Below are positions 1 through 7,643 of a stretch of 15,117 nucleotides of DNA, piece after piece (position 1 is the first letter of the stretch; the number at the start of each line of letters is the position of its first letter). The DNA comes from a virus. Both the position numbers and the translations under genes were made by a program. Below the pieces are notes generated by a model, which made no database searches, was not told the origin of the DNA, and was given only the letters and a program-made list of their open reading frames with translations. The stretch lies in the UHGV virus genome UHGV-1727645, one strand, 5' to 3'.

Positions 1-1260
1 CGTTCTTCCGTTCCTCAGCCTGTGCAGTATCAGCAGCAGCCAAACGTAGGTTTAATGGCGCTACAGGGGCTAAGAGGCGTTGCTGAGATTAATCAGCAGG
101 CGCAAATTTCCCAGCAGCTAAAAGAATATCAGGCACGGTTGGGTAGTGCGGTAGCTAATAATGATCGTGTTGGCGTGCAGAAGTTAATGGCCCAGTATCC
201 CCAGTTTATAGCTGATTCTCAAAAACAGATGGGATTCATTGATGCTGAGCAAAATCGACAGACCGCTGACGCTGCCATGAATCTGCGTCTTGCGTCACAA
301 ACTGGAGATCCACTGACCATGCAGAAGGCCATTCAGCAGGCAAATCCAGTATTACAGCAATTTGGTCTTCCTGCTGAAGAGGTTTATCAGTCTTGGCAGA
401 ATGACCCACAGGAATTCAACAGAATCACTGACCTCATCCATCTCCATGCTGATCCAAATAGTTACTTTAGTGTTCAAGAGAAGCAGCAAGGGCAGAGCAT
501 TGCACAGCAGAACGCAGATACATCTGCATATAATGCTCAGGTTAATGCGGAACAGGGTAATCGGCGTCTCGATATGGAGCAGTTCAAAGTCCTATCCGAT
601 AACCAACTACGCACGAGAGAAATGGTTCTGAAAGCACGACTTGGACGTGCTCAAAATGATATCGAGAGAGACAAGCTCAATGCTGAACTGAGCAAGGTAC
701 AGCAGGCGAAAGTGGAGAAGATGAACGATAAAATTAATACTGTTGCAGGTAACATCGACTCCTTGAACTCTGCGCTTGAAGTGGGTCATGAACTGGCGGG
801 AATTGTAGGGAAACATCCTTCGGCCGTTACCCGCTCGCAGAACTATAACCCCCTGACGCTGGGGTTTGGATTCCTTCCTGATGTAGCAGAAGACACACGA
901 AGCCTGCGCGCCAAAGCTGATGAATACAACCTAAAGGTTATTCTGCCTAGCCTCAAAGGGACTTTTGGCTCTAACCCAACCGAAGGGGAAAGGGCTGCCC
1001 TTATGCAATCTCAAAATGGCATTAAGTCAGCAACCAGCAATGAGGCCTTTTTGCGAGAGTTGAATAAAGCGCAGGACGTAATTATTCGAATGCAGAAACG
1101 ACAGATTGCCGGGCTCGGTATTCCTGTAACCAAATCAAAGGACGAAGAAACTGATACCAAAATGCTGTTGCAGGATCCTTCACTGGTTAAGGATTATGTG
1201 ACCGCACATGGCTATCTGCCGGAAAGTTACTATCAGGCAAAACTTAAGGGATGGCAATGA
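1..1260 (+). CDS. Gln/Ala-rich protein, 5' end outside window; probable virion/ejection-type structural protein of a phage-like element (function inferred, not recognised)
   Basis: Frame is open from base 1 to TGA at 1258-1260; the first in-window start is GTG at 22 with no Shine-Dalgarno before it, so the gene probably begins upstream. Its stop overlaps the start region of the next gene (ATG at 1251/1257/1260), implying translational coupling. No catalytic motif recognised. Confidence 0.6.
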   Translation, partial: RSSVPQPVQYQQQPNVGLMALQGLRGVAEINQQAQISQQLKEYQARLGSAVANNDRVGVQKLMAQYPQFIADSQKQMGFIDAEQNRQTADAAMNLRLASQTGDPLTMQKAIQQANPVLQQFGLPAEEVYQSWQNDPQEFNRITDLIHLHADPNSYFSVQEKQQGQSIAQQNADTSAYNAQVNAEQGNRRLDMEQFKVLSDNQLRTREMVLKARLGRAQNDIERDKLNAELSKVQQAKVEKMNDKINTVAGNIDSLNSALEVGHELAGIVGKHPSAVTRSQNYNPLTLGFGFLPDVAEDTRSLRAKADEYNLKVILPSLKGTFGSNPTEGERAALMQSQNGIKSATSNEAFLRELNKAQDVIIRMQKRQIAGLGIPVTKSKDEETDTKMLLQDPSLVKDYVTAHGYLPESYYQAKLKGWQ

Positions 1261-3977
1261 TGGCACAACTGACAGAAAAACAGAAAGCCTATTCCCGTCA
1301 TCTCGATGAAAAATATGGTTTCCCATCAGGGACGATGGAAACATTAGTTGGCAATGAATCTAGTGGTAACGGAAGTGCCGAGTCACCGAAAGGAGCTAGA
1401 GGATTTGCTCAACTGATGCCCTCAGTAATGAGTGATGCTGGTTATCGTGGAACTGATCCGCGCTCACTGCCATTTGAAAAGCAAATGGATATCGCAGCAA
1501 ACCATCTCAATAAAGGAATGAAGCGATTTGGTGATATAGGTATGGCATTGGCTGGGTATAATTCTGGCTATGCTCGTATTAATGCCGTCAGAAACGGTAA
1601 ATCTACACTGCCAGATGAAACGGCTAATTACGTAAGTAAATTTGCAGATGCCGGAATAATCCCTGATGACAGTGAAATCTTGCAGTTTGCACAAACCAGT
1701 CAACATCGCAATCTTCAGCAGCCTGACTACTCAGAGCTTGATAAAGAAATCTCTCAGGTGGGAGATATTTCTGCATGGGAAGCAAAACGTCAGCAATTTA
1801 AGAACATAGAAGCAGGACTACCAACAGCCAGTTCATGGGAGCAGAAAAGAGCTCAGTTTCTCGCCGATGAAAATGCCGGGGAACCGCAGCAGCAAGTAGC
1901 CAAGTCTAACCTTAATCCTGAGATGGAATATCTTTCGCCAGGACTGAAAGCTGCGCCAGAGCAGATGGCCAGAGGGATTGCTAATATACCGTTTGATGTA
2001 ATGGACGCAGGCGTGGGGGTAGTCAATGCGGCGCAATCAGCCGGAGCATGGGCAGCTCAGAAGCTTGGTGTGGGTGATGGCACATACACGCCCATATCAC
2101 CTGTCTTTCGCCCAGTAGACCAACCTACAGATCCATACGCGCAGGCTGGTGAGCAGCTAGCACCTTACCTTATTACAGGATTAGGTGCAGGAAAGGCAGC
2201 TACCGCAGCTTCTTCAGTTGCCAACGCTCCACGTGCTGAACGTGCGGCCACAAAGGTGGCTAGTATGTTGGCAGAAAACCTGCCAGGTACATTGGTGAAC
2301 GCCCAAAAGAACGGGCAGATCAGCCCAGAAGACCTAGCAAAAGAGACAGGTATTGGCCTAGCAGGATCGCTAGGAGCACGCGCTTTAATAAAGAGCGGAC
2401 AGACAGCCAGTGACGTAATGCGAGATGTATTGCGGAGTAATACAAATCAATCAGGCCATGTGTTAGGGGCAGCAAATACTCTGGAAACCGCCAATGATGT
2501 ATCGAAAGCAGCGCGTTCTGCCGTAGGCCGAGAGCATATCGCATCGCAGGCATCAAACGTCAGAGATGATGTCGCTAAGGCGGCGAAAATCACTGGTATT
2601 AATATCAACACCCTGACGCCTGGAATGCGCTCAGGTAGTCGTGGAATTGCCCAAGCAGAAGGTGTTCTGGCATCAACTCCTGGGAATGTTCAGGATGCTC
2701 ACCTTACGGCCTTCAATGAAATATCCTCAAAGTTGAATAAGCAGTTGTCTGATTTCGGTGCTGAGTCTGGAAGCGCATCAGAAAAAAGCGCAGCAATTAA
2801 AGAGCGCATCATCGCGAGCCTCAGTGATATGAAAACAGCAGAGAATATGGCATGGGCAGAACTGCGAAGCACGATGCCACGCGAAAGGATGAAAATGAGT
2901 AATGGGATGGCTGTCGTCCAAGCAGAAAAAGCAGCCAATGTTCCACTCAGCCCGGAGATGAAACAGTTTCAGGCTGCCAACAACCAAGGTGGCGGCATAA
3001 CCTTCGACGGGATGAAGGCATGGCGTGCTAAGTTTGCTGATGCTGAACAAGCAAACACCCGGGCAGGTAAGGCCAATGCTGCCCGGATTGCCGGAGAAAT
3101 GCGCAGAGCTATCACTGATGACATGCGCATCATGGCTGAAAAAGGAAACTTCCTCACAGAATGGCAGAAAGCTAACGATCTCTCTAAAAGTTACATTATC
3201 GCCAAACAAAATGCCGAATCTGTTTTTGGTCGAGAACTCGCATCAGACGCTATGGTAAGAAAAGGTGCCGATACGCTTAAGGCATCCGCAAACACTGGAA
3301 CGGGAGCTTTTCACCGCCTTATCTCCGCGCTGCCGGAAGCAGAACGCCAACCAGCAATAGCATCTATTCTTCAGCATGTTGTGGCGCAGGGAGAGAAGGG
3401 AGGAATCGGTGAAGAGTCTGGTATCCAGTATTTTGCCAAGCTCATGACCCAGCAGAATGTAAACGCCATCAGTCGTCATGCGCCAGATCTCGGTAGAATG
3501 ATGAAAGAGTTCGGTGTACTCGCTAAAGCCAGCACCAGACCGCAGCGATACGTAGAGCGCACGGGAAGAACAACTGAGGCTCTCAAAACGCTCGATTCAG
3601 GCCTTCCAAAGATCGTCGGTGTGATTATGAACGGAGTTCAACAGTCAGGTGCGATCGCTGGAGGCTTTGGCGGTGGTGTAATTGGTTCGATTAGTGGTTT
3701 GGTTGCTGGTGGCGCACTGAGAAATACTGTGGCTAAGATTGGGGCGACAAGAAGTGGTCGATATGCGATAGAGAAAGCCGTTCAGGAAGCTACAAAAGCA
3801 GTGCGCGCAGGGGCATCACCAGCAGCGATCGCCGCAGCAGAGAAACGATTTTCGGCCAATAAAATTGCCATGAAAGCAATTCGTGATGCCGTTGGGGCTG
3901 AAGAATTCGTGAAACTGACAAGGGCCGGGATTGTAGCTACCCTCAGTGGCATGAAAGATGTTAGCGAATGGGAATAG
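1251..3977 (+). CDS. Large (908 aa) protein with N-terminal family-1 lytic transglycosylase (SLT) domain and C-terminal Gly-rich hydrophobic segment; phage internal-virion/ejection-like or tape-measure-like
   Basis: Translated N-terminus carries the three SLT signature motifs: E-S (E36-S37), G-A-x-G-F-A-Q-L-M (res 48-56) and A-G-Y-N-S-G (res 101-106), about nt 1356-1570. C-terminal segment GAIAGGFGGGVIGSISGLVAGGAL (about nt 3650-3720) looks like a glycine-zipper membrane helix. True start may be ATG 1257 or 1260 (better spacing from AAGGGA at 1246-1251). Confidence 0.8.
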   Translation: MAMMAQLTEKQKAYSRHLDEKYGFPSGTMETLVGNESSGNGSAESPKGARGFAQLMPSVMSDAGYRGTDPRSLPFEKQMDIAANHLNKGMKRFGDIGMALAGYNSGYARINAVRNGKSTLPDETANYVSKFADAGIIPDDSEILQFAQTSQHRNLQQPDYSELDKEISQVGDISAWEAKRQQFKNIEAGLPTASSWEQKRAQFLADENAGEPQQQVAKSNLNPEMEYLSPGLKAAPEQMARGIANIPFDVMDAGVGVVNAAQSAGAWAAQKLGVGDGTYTPISPVFRPVDQPTDPYAQAGEQLAPYLITGLGAGKAATAASSVANAPRAERAATKVASMLAENLPGTLVNAQKNGQISPEDLAKETGIGLAGSLGARALIKSGQTASDVMRDVLRSNTNQSGHVLGAANTLETANDVSKAARSAVGREHIASQASNVRDDVAKAAKITGININTLTPGMRSGSRGIAQAEGVLASTPGNVQDAHLTAFNEISSKLNKQLSDFGAESGSASEKSAAIKERIIASLSDMKTAENMAWAELRSTMPRERMKMSNGMAVVQAEKAANVPLSPEMKQFQAANNQGGGITFDGMKAWRAKFADAEQANTRAGKANAARIAGEMRRAITDDMRIMAEKGNFLTEWQKANDLSKSYIIAKQNAESVFGRELASDAMVRKGADTLKASANTGTGAFHRLISALPEAERQPAIASILQHVVAQGEKGGIGEESGIQYFAKLMTQQNVNAISRHAPDLGRMMKEFGVLAKASTRPQRYVERTGRTTEALKTLDSGLPKIVGVIMNGVQQSGAIAGGFGGGVIGSISGLVAGGALRNTVAKIGATRSGRYAIEKAVQEATKAVRAGASPAAIAAAEKRFSANKIAMKAIRDAVGAEEFVKLTRAGIVATLSGMKDVSEWE

Positions 3978-4127
3978 ACGCTCTAACTAACAAAACCATA
4001 ATAGCCAAGGACGGCATACTGATATTGAGCCAACTATAAAAATTCCATATCACATTACGAGCCTGTGGCTTACATTCGCTTACAGTGATGATAATTTATA
4101 ACCACGCAATTCTTAGGTGAGATTATC

Positions 4128-4826
4128 ATGATTAAAAATCTTCTTTTAATATTATCCCTGTCATTATTGGCTGGATGCGTACAAAAACCGTTAGTAACGG
4201 TCAATGCTTTATCCTCCGGGCAATCTGTCGGCAAGAAGTTCTTGATCATCCCCGCAAGCCAAGAACTTTGGAACACCAAACAGATTGAATACACTCAAAT
4301 AGCTACGGTAGTAGCCGCCAGTTTATCAAGCCAAGGATATACACAAGTTAAAGATGAAAAATTGGCTGACCAGGTAATTCTCTTGAACTTTTTGAGAAGC
4401 GGGGCCATTTCAAATACTCGTAATGTAACCATCCCAATATACGGGCAAACTGGTGTGAGCTCAGCAACAACGTACGGAAACTCGAACACCACGTTCAATA
4501 GTTATGGTGGTGGCTACGGTACAGCTAATACCACTGGAACGGCAACAACAGTTTATACGCCTACTTATGGAATTACTGGCGCGTATAACACAACTGTGAC
4601 GGACACGTTCTACGGCGCAGGGGTGATACTCCAGTCGTTTGATGCCAAGGCTTATCTCAATAATAGGCAGATTAATATGTTATGGAAAGTTGGTAGCTCA
4701 GTCGTCTCGCAACAGTCTGATGGAATTGCTGATTACAAAGGTTTGGCGAGAATAGCCGCTAGCTATGCCGGGAAAAATACAGAAGGTGATATAACTTTTA
4801 ATGTTGACCCTAAAGCACCAAATTAA
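4128..4826 (+). CDS. Lipoprotein (lipobox L-A-G-C, Cys17) with Thr/Gly/Tyr/Asn-rich low-complexity region
   Basis: SD GGTGAG 7 nt upstream of ATG 4128; N-terminus MIKNLLLILSLSLLAGC is a classical signal peptidase II signal with lipobox; residue after Cys is Val (not Asp), suggesting outer-membrane sorting. Residues ~110-165 are low complexity (TTYGNSNTTFNSYGGGYGTANTTGTATT...). Confidence 0.7.
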   Translation: MIKNLLLILSLSLLAGCVQKPLVTVNALSSGQSVGKKFLIIPASQELWNTKQIEYTQIATVVAASLSSQGYTQVKDEKLADQVILLNFLRSGAISNTRNVTIPIYGQTGVSSATTYGNSNTTFNSYGGGYGTANTTGTATTVYTPTYGITGAYNTTVTDTFYGAGVILQSFDAKAYLNNRQINMLWKVGSSVVSQQSDGIADYKGLARIAASYAGKNTEGDITFNVDPKAPN

Positions 4827-4833
4827 CTAATAA

Positions 4834-4849
4834 GCCCGGTACGCCGGGC
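4834..4849 (+). terminator. GC-rich hairpin (GCCCGG-TACG-CCGGGC) 8 nt after lipoprotein stop; putative terminator
   Basis: 6-bp perfect GC stem with 4-nt loop directly downstream of TAA 4824-4826; no strong U-tract follows, so confidence is limited. Confidence 0.4.
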
Positions 4850-5046
4850 ATTCATGCCCCTATTATTCATGAATCGCTTTTTCTGGAAGGTATGCGACAA
4901 ACGTTAAGTGACATTGCCTACACATTCGGGGCGGGATTTCAAATCCGCTCCCAGTTGATGGGGCCGTTACAGTACGCGCATATCCGCTTTATGTGAAACA
5001 GGAAGATTTTTCTGATATCACTGCCACAGCAAAACACCAATTTTGA

Positions 5047-5062
5047 GACAAGTACGCGCGCG
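5047..5062 (+). repeat. Copy A of 3-copy repeat, core GACAAGTACGCGCGCG
   Basis: Exact 16-nt core shared with 5335-5350 and 7089-7104; this copy has an imperfect palindrome (TACGCGCGCGAG). Confidence 0.7.
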
Positions 5063-5072
5063 AGGGGTATCA

Positions 5073-5092
5073 GTTGCAAAAAATTTTGCAAC
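5073..5092. repeat. Near-perfect palindrome GTTGCAAAAAATTTTGCAAC
   Basis: Inverted repeat GTTGCAAAA / TTTTGCAAC read directly; 10 nt downstream of repeat copy A. Confidence 0.5.
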
Positions 5093-5311
5093 TACGTCCG
5101 ACCAGTATGCACACGATGGCGGGGGGGATACCATAAAACTGTTCTCTACATGAGACAGAGTGGTGGTGATGTGTTGATTATCGGCGTATATGCGCACAGG
5201 ACGCGCTATGACGATGTTTTATGCGGGTACACCAATCACATGTATCTGGTGTGATAAATCGCGTTACATGACCTCTCATGTTGTGCTGGTGGTTATCACG
5301 ACGTTCTGAAT

Positions 5312-5370
5312 CTGGCCTTTGCCTGGTATTTTGCGACAAGTACGCGCGCGTAGCATCGAAATAATCGGAT
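5312..5370 (+). repeat. Copy B of 3-copy repeat (about 55 bp, CTGGC..TGGTATTT.G.GACAAGTACGCGCGCG-TAGCA), palindromic core TACGCGCGCGTA at 5341-5352
   Basis: Aligns over about 55 bp with copy C (7063-7120) at roughly 80 percent identity by eye; core is a perfect 12-bp alternating-CG palindrome. Confidence 0.7.
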
Positions 5371-5611
5371 GGCGTATGCTGCTGGTAATATGAAGACCGA
5401 TAGCATTAACCGTAAGGAGAAAGACTTCTCGATAACGGCAAGGGGGCTGAATTGCGAGGCGAGATTAAGCAACTGTCTTGAACGTAAAAATCATGGAGCA
5501 ACATGATGGTACGATTCATTCCATTCTTCGTTCTTTCTGAGCATTGCGTTCAGGCTTAGTCAAAATTAGTGTTGCGAGCGGACCTATTAGTAATTGTTAG
5601 TGCGATGCGCC

Positions 5612-5641
5612 TGTTATGGATTGTTATGGATTGTTATGGTT
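5612..5641 (+). repeat. Tandem decamer array: TGTTATGGAT x2 + TGTTATGGTT
   Basis: Three head-to-tail 10-bp units read directly from sequence; about 260 bp beyond the AlpA-like gene 3' end. Confidence 0.7.
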
Positions 5642-5897
5642 GTGGCAGGCCTGATTAATATCCAGTATGACCACCAGCTATGAGAGGCCACCTCAGTGGT
5701 TCGCAGTTGCAGGTTTGCACTCAGGTTCGCAGGGTTTTGGCTACTTTCACGTGCGAACCTGCAGAATTGCAAAGGACAACTAAGTCTTCTGGCCAACTCC
5801 CGGTTTATGAGCGACACAGTCCGCCTGGCGCATCGTTTTCGTCGAGTGCGCCCATCAGCTTGTCCATGGACTATCCACCACTCGATATTAAAGCTAA

Positions 5898-6083
5898 TCA
5901 TTGGTTGCCAGCCCGCGAATCAAGTTTGTTCTGGATCCAAGCTTCAACCTCCTCAAGCGACCATCTAGCTGATCTACCAATTTTAACTGGCTGTGGAAAC
6001 GTGCCCGTCTTAACCCATGAGTAGATTGCCGTTTTCTTGAAGCCCGTTCTGAGCATGACTTCGCTTAATTTGATAAGGCGCAT
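5898..6083 (-). CDS. alpA: AlpA-family phage/integrative-element transcriptional regulator (excisionase-like HTH), 61 aa
   Basis: Translated product MRLIKLSEVMLRTGFKKTAIYSWVKTGTFPQPVKIGRSARWSLEEVEAWI matches the AlpA (Phage_AlpA) pattern: HTH, G-x-FP-x-P-x-K-I-G, R-W-x-x-x-E-V-x-x-W. Strong SD AGGAG 5 nt upstream of ATG on the minus strand. Confidence 0.85.
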   Translation of the reverse strand: MRLIKLSEVMLRTGFKKTAIYSWVKTGTFPQPVKIGRSARWSLEEVEAWIQNKLDSRAGNQ

Positions 6084-6132
6084 AGAGGCTCCTCTGCTTT
6101 AGATTAAGCATAGTGACAATCTGGCTTTGGGT

Positions 6133-6167
6133 GGTATCCAAAAGCGAGGTATCCATGTTGGTATCCA
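6133..6167. promoter_or_regulatory. Three direct repeats of GGTATCCA (6133, 6148, 6160) in the alpA / small-protein divergent intergenic region; candidate operator
   Basis: Exact 8-mers at 15- and 12-bp spacing, 50-85 bp upstream of the alpA start codon. Confidence 0.45.
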
Positions 6168-6304
6168 CCAAAACGCTGTTTACCAAAAAAGTTACCACCG
6201 GAACAGGACATTTTGAGCTGTAACTTAACACATAGCATATGGAGTTCACGCATAGACTTCACGCACAACGGCTCTGGCCAGTGAAGAATCACCCTGGCTA
6301 GCAA

Positions 6305-6310
6305 TATAAT
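6305..6310 (+). promoter_or_regulatory. Consensus -10 hexamer TATAAT upstream of small-protein gene 6336..6527
   Basis: Perfect TATAAT 26 bp upstream of ATG 6336, leaving a leader that contains the SD AGAGGGG; -35 region is weak (TGAAGA). Confidence 0.3.
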
Positions 6311-6335
6311 GCCGATCACCATCAGAGGGGAATCC

Positions 6336-6527
6336 ATGACACCACGAGAAATCGAGCTGCTGACCATTGCCAAGCTGGAGCATGGCGGCCACCAGCTCAG
6401 CCCGGCAGAACTGCGGGAATTAAGGCGCCAGCTGGCAGAGGGCCCTGTAATAGCCAGGCGGTACCGCGAAATGATGACCAGCCCCGCATATCGCTGGAGC
6501 AAACCAGCGCCGCTCCGTGCGCGGTGA
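6336..6527 (+). CDS. Small conserved protein (63 aa), paralog of 7338..7523; possibly Icd-like (tentative)
   Basis: Start chosen at ATG 6336 (SD AGAGGGG 5 nt upstream) rather than ORF-track ATG 6309 because the paralog starts with the same MTPREI..LLTIAKLEHGGHQL sequence. The Icd-like label is from memory of annotations of similar small genes next to alpA/perC, not verified. Confidence 0.65.
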   Translation: MTPREIELLTIAKLEHGGHQLSPAELRELRRQLAEGPVIARRYREMMTSPAYRWSKPAPLRAR

Positions 6528-6600
6528 GCAGCACCTAACCAGCACTAGACAAGCCCTGTGCTGGTGGATGTCCCTCATAATTAGCGGTTTTTAAACGGCG

Positions 6601-6723
6601 TGTTGGTTCACGGCCTCTTTTTGTTGGTTCAAAAATGGGGTGTGTTGGTTCACTTTTTGCGAATAATTCTTTTAAAAACAATACTCTTTACAAATTGAAC
6701 CAACTGAACCAACTGAACCAACA
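6601..6723. repeat. Iteron-like array: TGTTGGTTCA x3 direct at 21-bp phasing (6601, 6622, 6643) plus three tandem inverted copies TGAACCAAC (6696-6723)
   Basis: Read directly; the inverted units are the exact reverse complement of the direct units; array sits immediately upstream of the PerC-like gene. Confidence 0.75.
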
Positions 6724-6758
6724 CCTTTTTGCTTATCTATATAATCTGAGAGGCAGAA

Positions 6759-7040
6759 ATGATAAGGGACAGGAAAGCTGAAGAGCTGGAGTCAAAAGGG
6801 CTATACCGGAGAGCTGCCGCACGATGGATGGAAGTCATGCTGTTATGCACCGAGGACGATGATCGGGAATGGATAAAGCGCCGCCGTGAAACGTGTCTGG
6901 AGAACGTGAAGCGCCCGCCCGTGAAGGTTGAGGAATTTGGCGACCTGCATAAAGCTGTTACCGAAACGCAACACCGCATGGGGATAGCGCAACCGAACGG
7001 TAACGCCTTCCGGTTAAATGGCGGCAAGAGGCAAAGGTAG
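6759..7040 (+). CDS. PerC-family transcriptional regulator (93 aa)
   Basis: N-terminus MIRDRKAEELESKGLYRRAAARWMEVM resembles the PerC/Pch family as I remember it; SD GAGAGG 5 nt upstream of ATG 6759. Family call from memory. Confidence 0.6.
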   Translation: MIRDRKAEELESKGLYRRAAARWMEVMLLCTEDDDREWIKRRRETCLENVKRPPVKVEEFGDLHKAVTETQHRMGIAQPNGNAFRLNGGKRQR

Positions 7041-7044
7041 ACCA

Positions 7045-7066
7045 CCAGAGGGAAATCATCCTCTGG
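7045..7066 (+). terminator. Hairpin CCAGAGG-(8 nt)-CCTCTGG 4 nt after PerC-like stop
   Basis: 7-bp perfect stem, followed by a moderately T-containing stretch that merges into repeat copy C. Confidence 0.4.
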
Positions 7067-7120
7067 CTGGCGGTTTCTGGTATTTCGGGACAAGTACGCG
7101 CGCGCGTAGCACCCAATCGG
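7063..7120 (+). repeat. Copy C of 3-copy repeat, palindromic core TACGCGCGCGCGTA at 7095-7108
   Basis: Same orientation as copies A and B; lies immediately after the hairpin that follows the PerC-like gene; 14-bp perfect palindrome. Confidence 0.7.
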
Positions 7121-7337
7121 TGAGGAAATAGCGGCGACCTGAATGGTCAAAATCACAACGCAGCTATCCCCGTAAGCAGCGCTTAACGGAATAGCAGTAA
7201 CCTGAATCCAGTGGGGAGGGGGTAGTCAAATCTCTACAGCCCTGACTATCCGGGACTGCCCGCCCCATCGTTTTTTTATACCCGCGAAAAATGAAATTTA
7301 ATCCGGGCGTGTTTCATCCTTCCAGAGGGTATGACGT

Positions 7338-7523
7338 ATGACACCACGCGAAATAGCCTTATTGACCATCGCCAAACTTGAGCACGGAGGCCACCAGCTT
7401 ACACAGGCAGATCAACGGGAGATAGAACGATCAGTTAATGCCGATATAGCCCGGCGCGACAGGTTCCGCGAAATGATGCGAGCACCTGCCTACCAGTGGA
7501 AGAAGCCAGCGCCGCGCAGGTAG
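7338..7523 (+). CDS. Small conserved protein (61 aa), paralog of 6336..6527; possibly Icd-like (tentative)
   Basis: About 65 percent identical by eye to the 6336 product; SD GAGGG upstream of the ATG. Confidence 0.65.
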   Translation: MTPREIALLTIAKLEHGGHQLTQADQREIERSVNADIARRDRFREMMRAPAYQWKKPAPRR

Positions 7524-7643
7524 ATATGGGATTATTCCACATGTAACTTATGCGTATTAAGCAAATTTCCTTTATTCACCTTTACAGAATTGTGAGTACG
7601 TCAGTATCGTTATCCTTCCGATTCGCATTTATTCAGGATTTGC

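Noticed and set aside
362-816. Short ORFs 362..631 (+) and 607..816 (-) inside the first large gene
   Set aside because: Fully embedded in a long, compositionally coherent ORF in another frame or strand; no RBS and odd amino-acid composition; typical shadow ORFs.
1464-3479. Multiple 60-140-codon ORFs on both strands inside the 908-aa SLT gene (e.g. 2778..3209 -, 3025..3258 +)
   Set aside because: All overlap the long SLT-domain ORF, whose N-terminal motifs make it the real gene; the embedded ORFs are Cys/His/Phe-rich shadow frames.
4900-4965. Possible tRNA 3' end / attachment site (GGGGCGGGATTTCAAATCCGCTCCC)
   Set aside because: The stem-loop does not fit a T-arm (no 5-bp stem flanking a TTCRANY 7-nt loop, no acceptor stem or CCA context); I could not build a cloverleaf. 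A tRNA scan would be decisive.
5614-6024. ORFs 5614..5901 (-), 5680..6024 (+), 5696..5968 (+) next to alpA
   Set aside because: Mutually overlapping and Arg/Trp/Ser-rich with no recognisable motif, so probably non-coding. The minus-strand ORF start does overlap the alpA stop in an ATGA arrangement, so a real coupled small gene cannot be fully excluded.
5612-6723. Possible CRISPR array (tandem decamers, iteron array)
   Set aside because: Repeat units are only 8-10 bp with no unique spacers of 25-40 bp and no cas genes; these are iteron or operator-like repeats, not CRISPR.
6740-6745. TATAAT hexamer just upstream of the PerC-like start as its promoter -10
   Set aside because: A start site from this hexamer would fall inside the Shine-Dalgarno (6748-6753), leaving no leader; the promoter is more likely further upstream within the iteron array, unless the mRNA is nearly leaderless.
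6104-7156. Minus-strand ORFs 6104..6502 and 6737..7156
   Set aside because: Antisense to the small-protein gene and the PerC-like gene, which have SD sequences and recognisable products; shadow ORFs.
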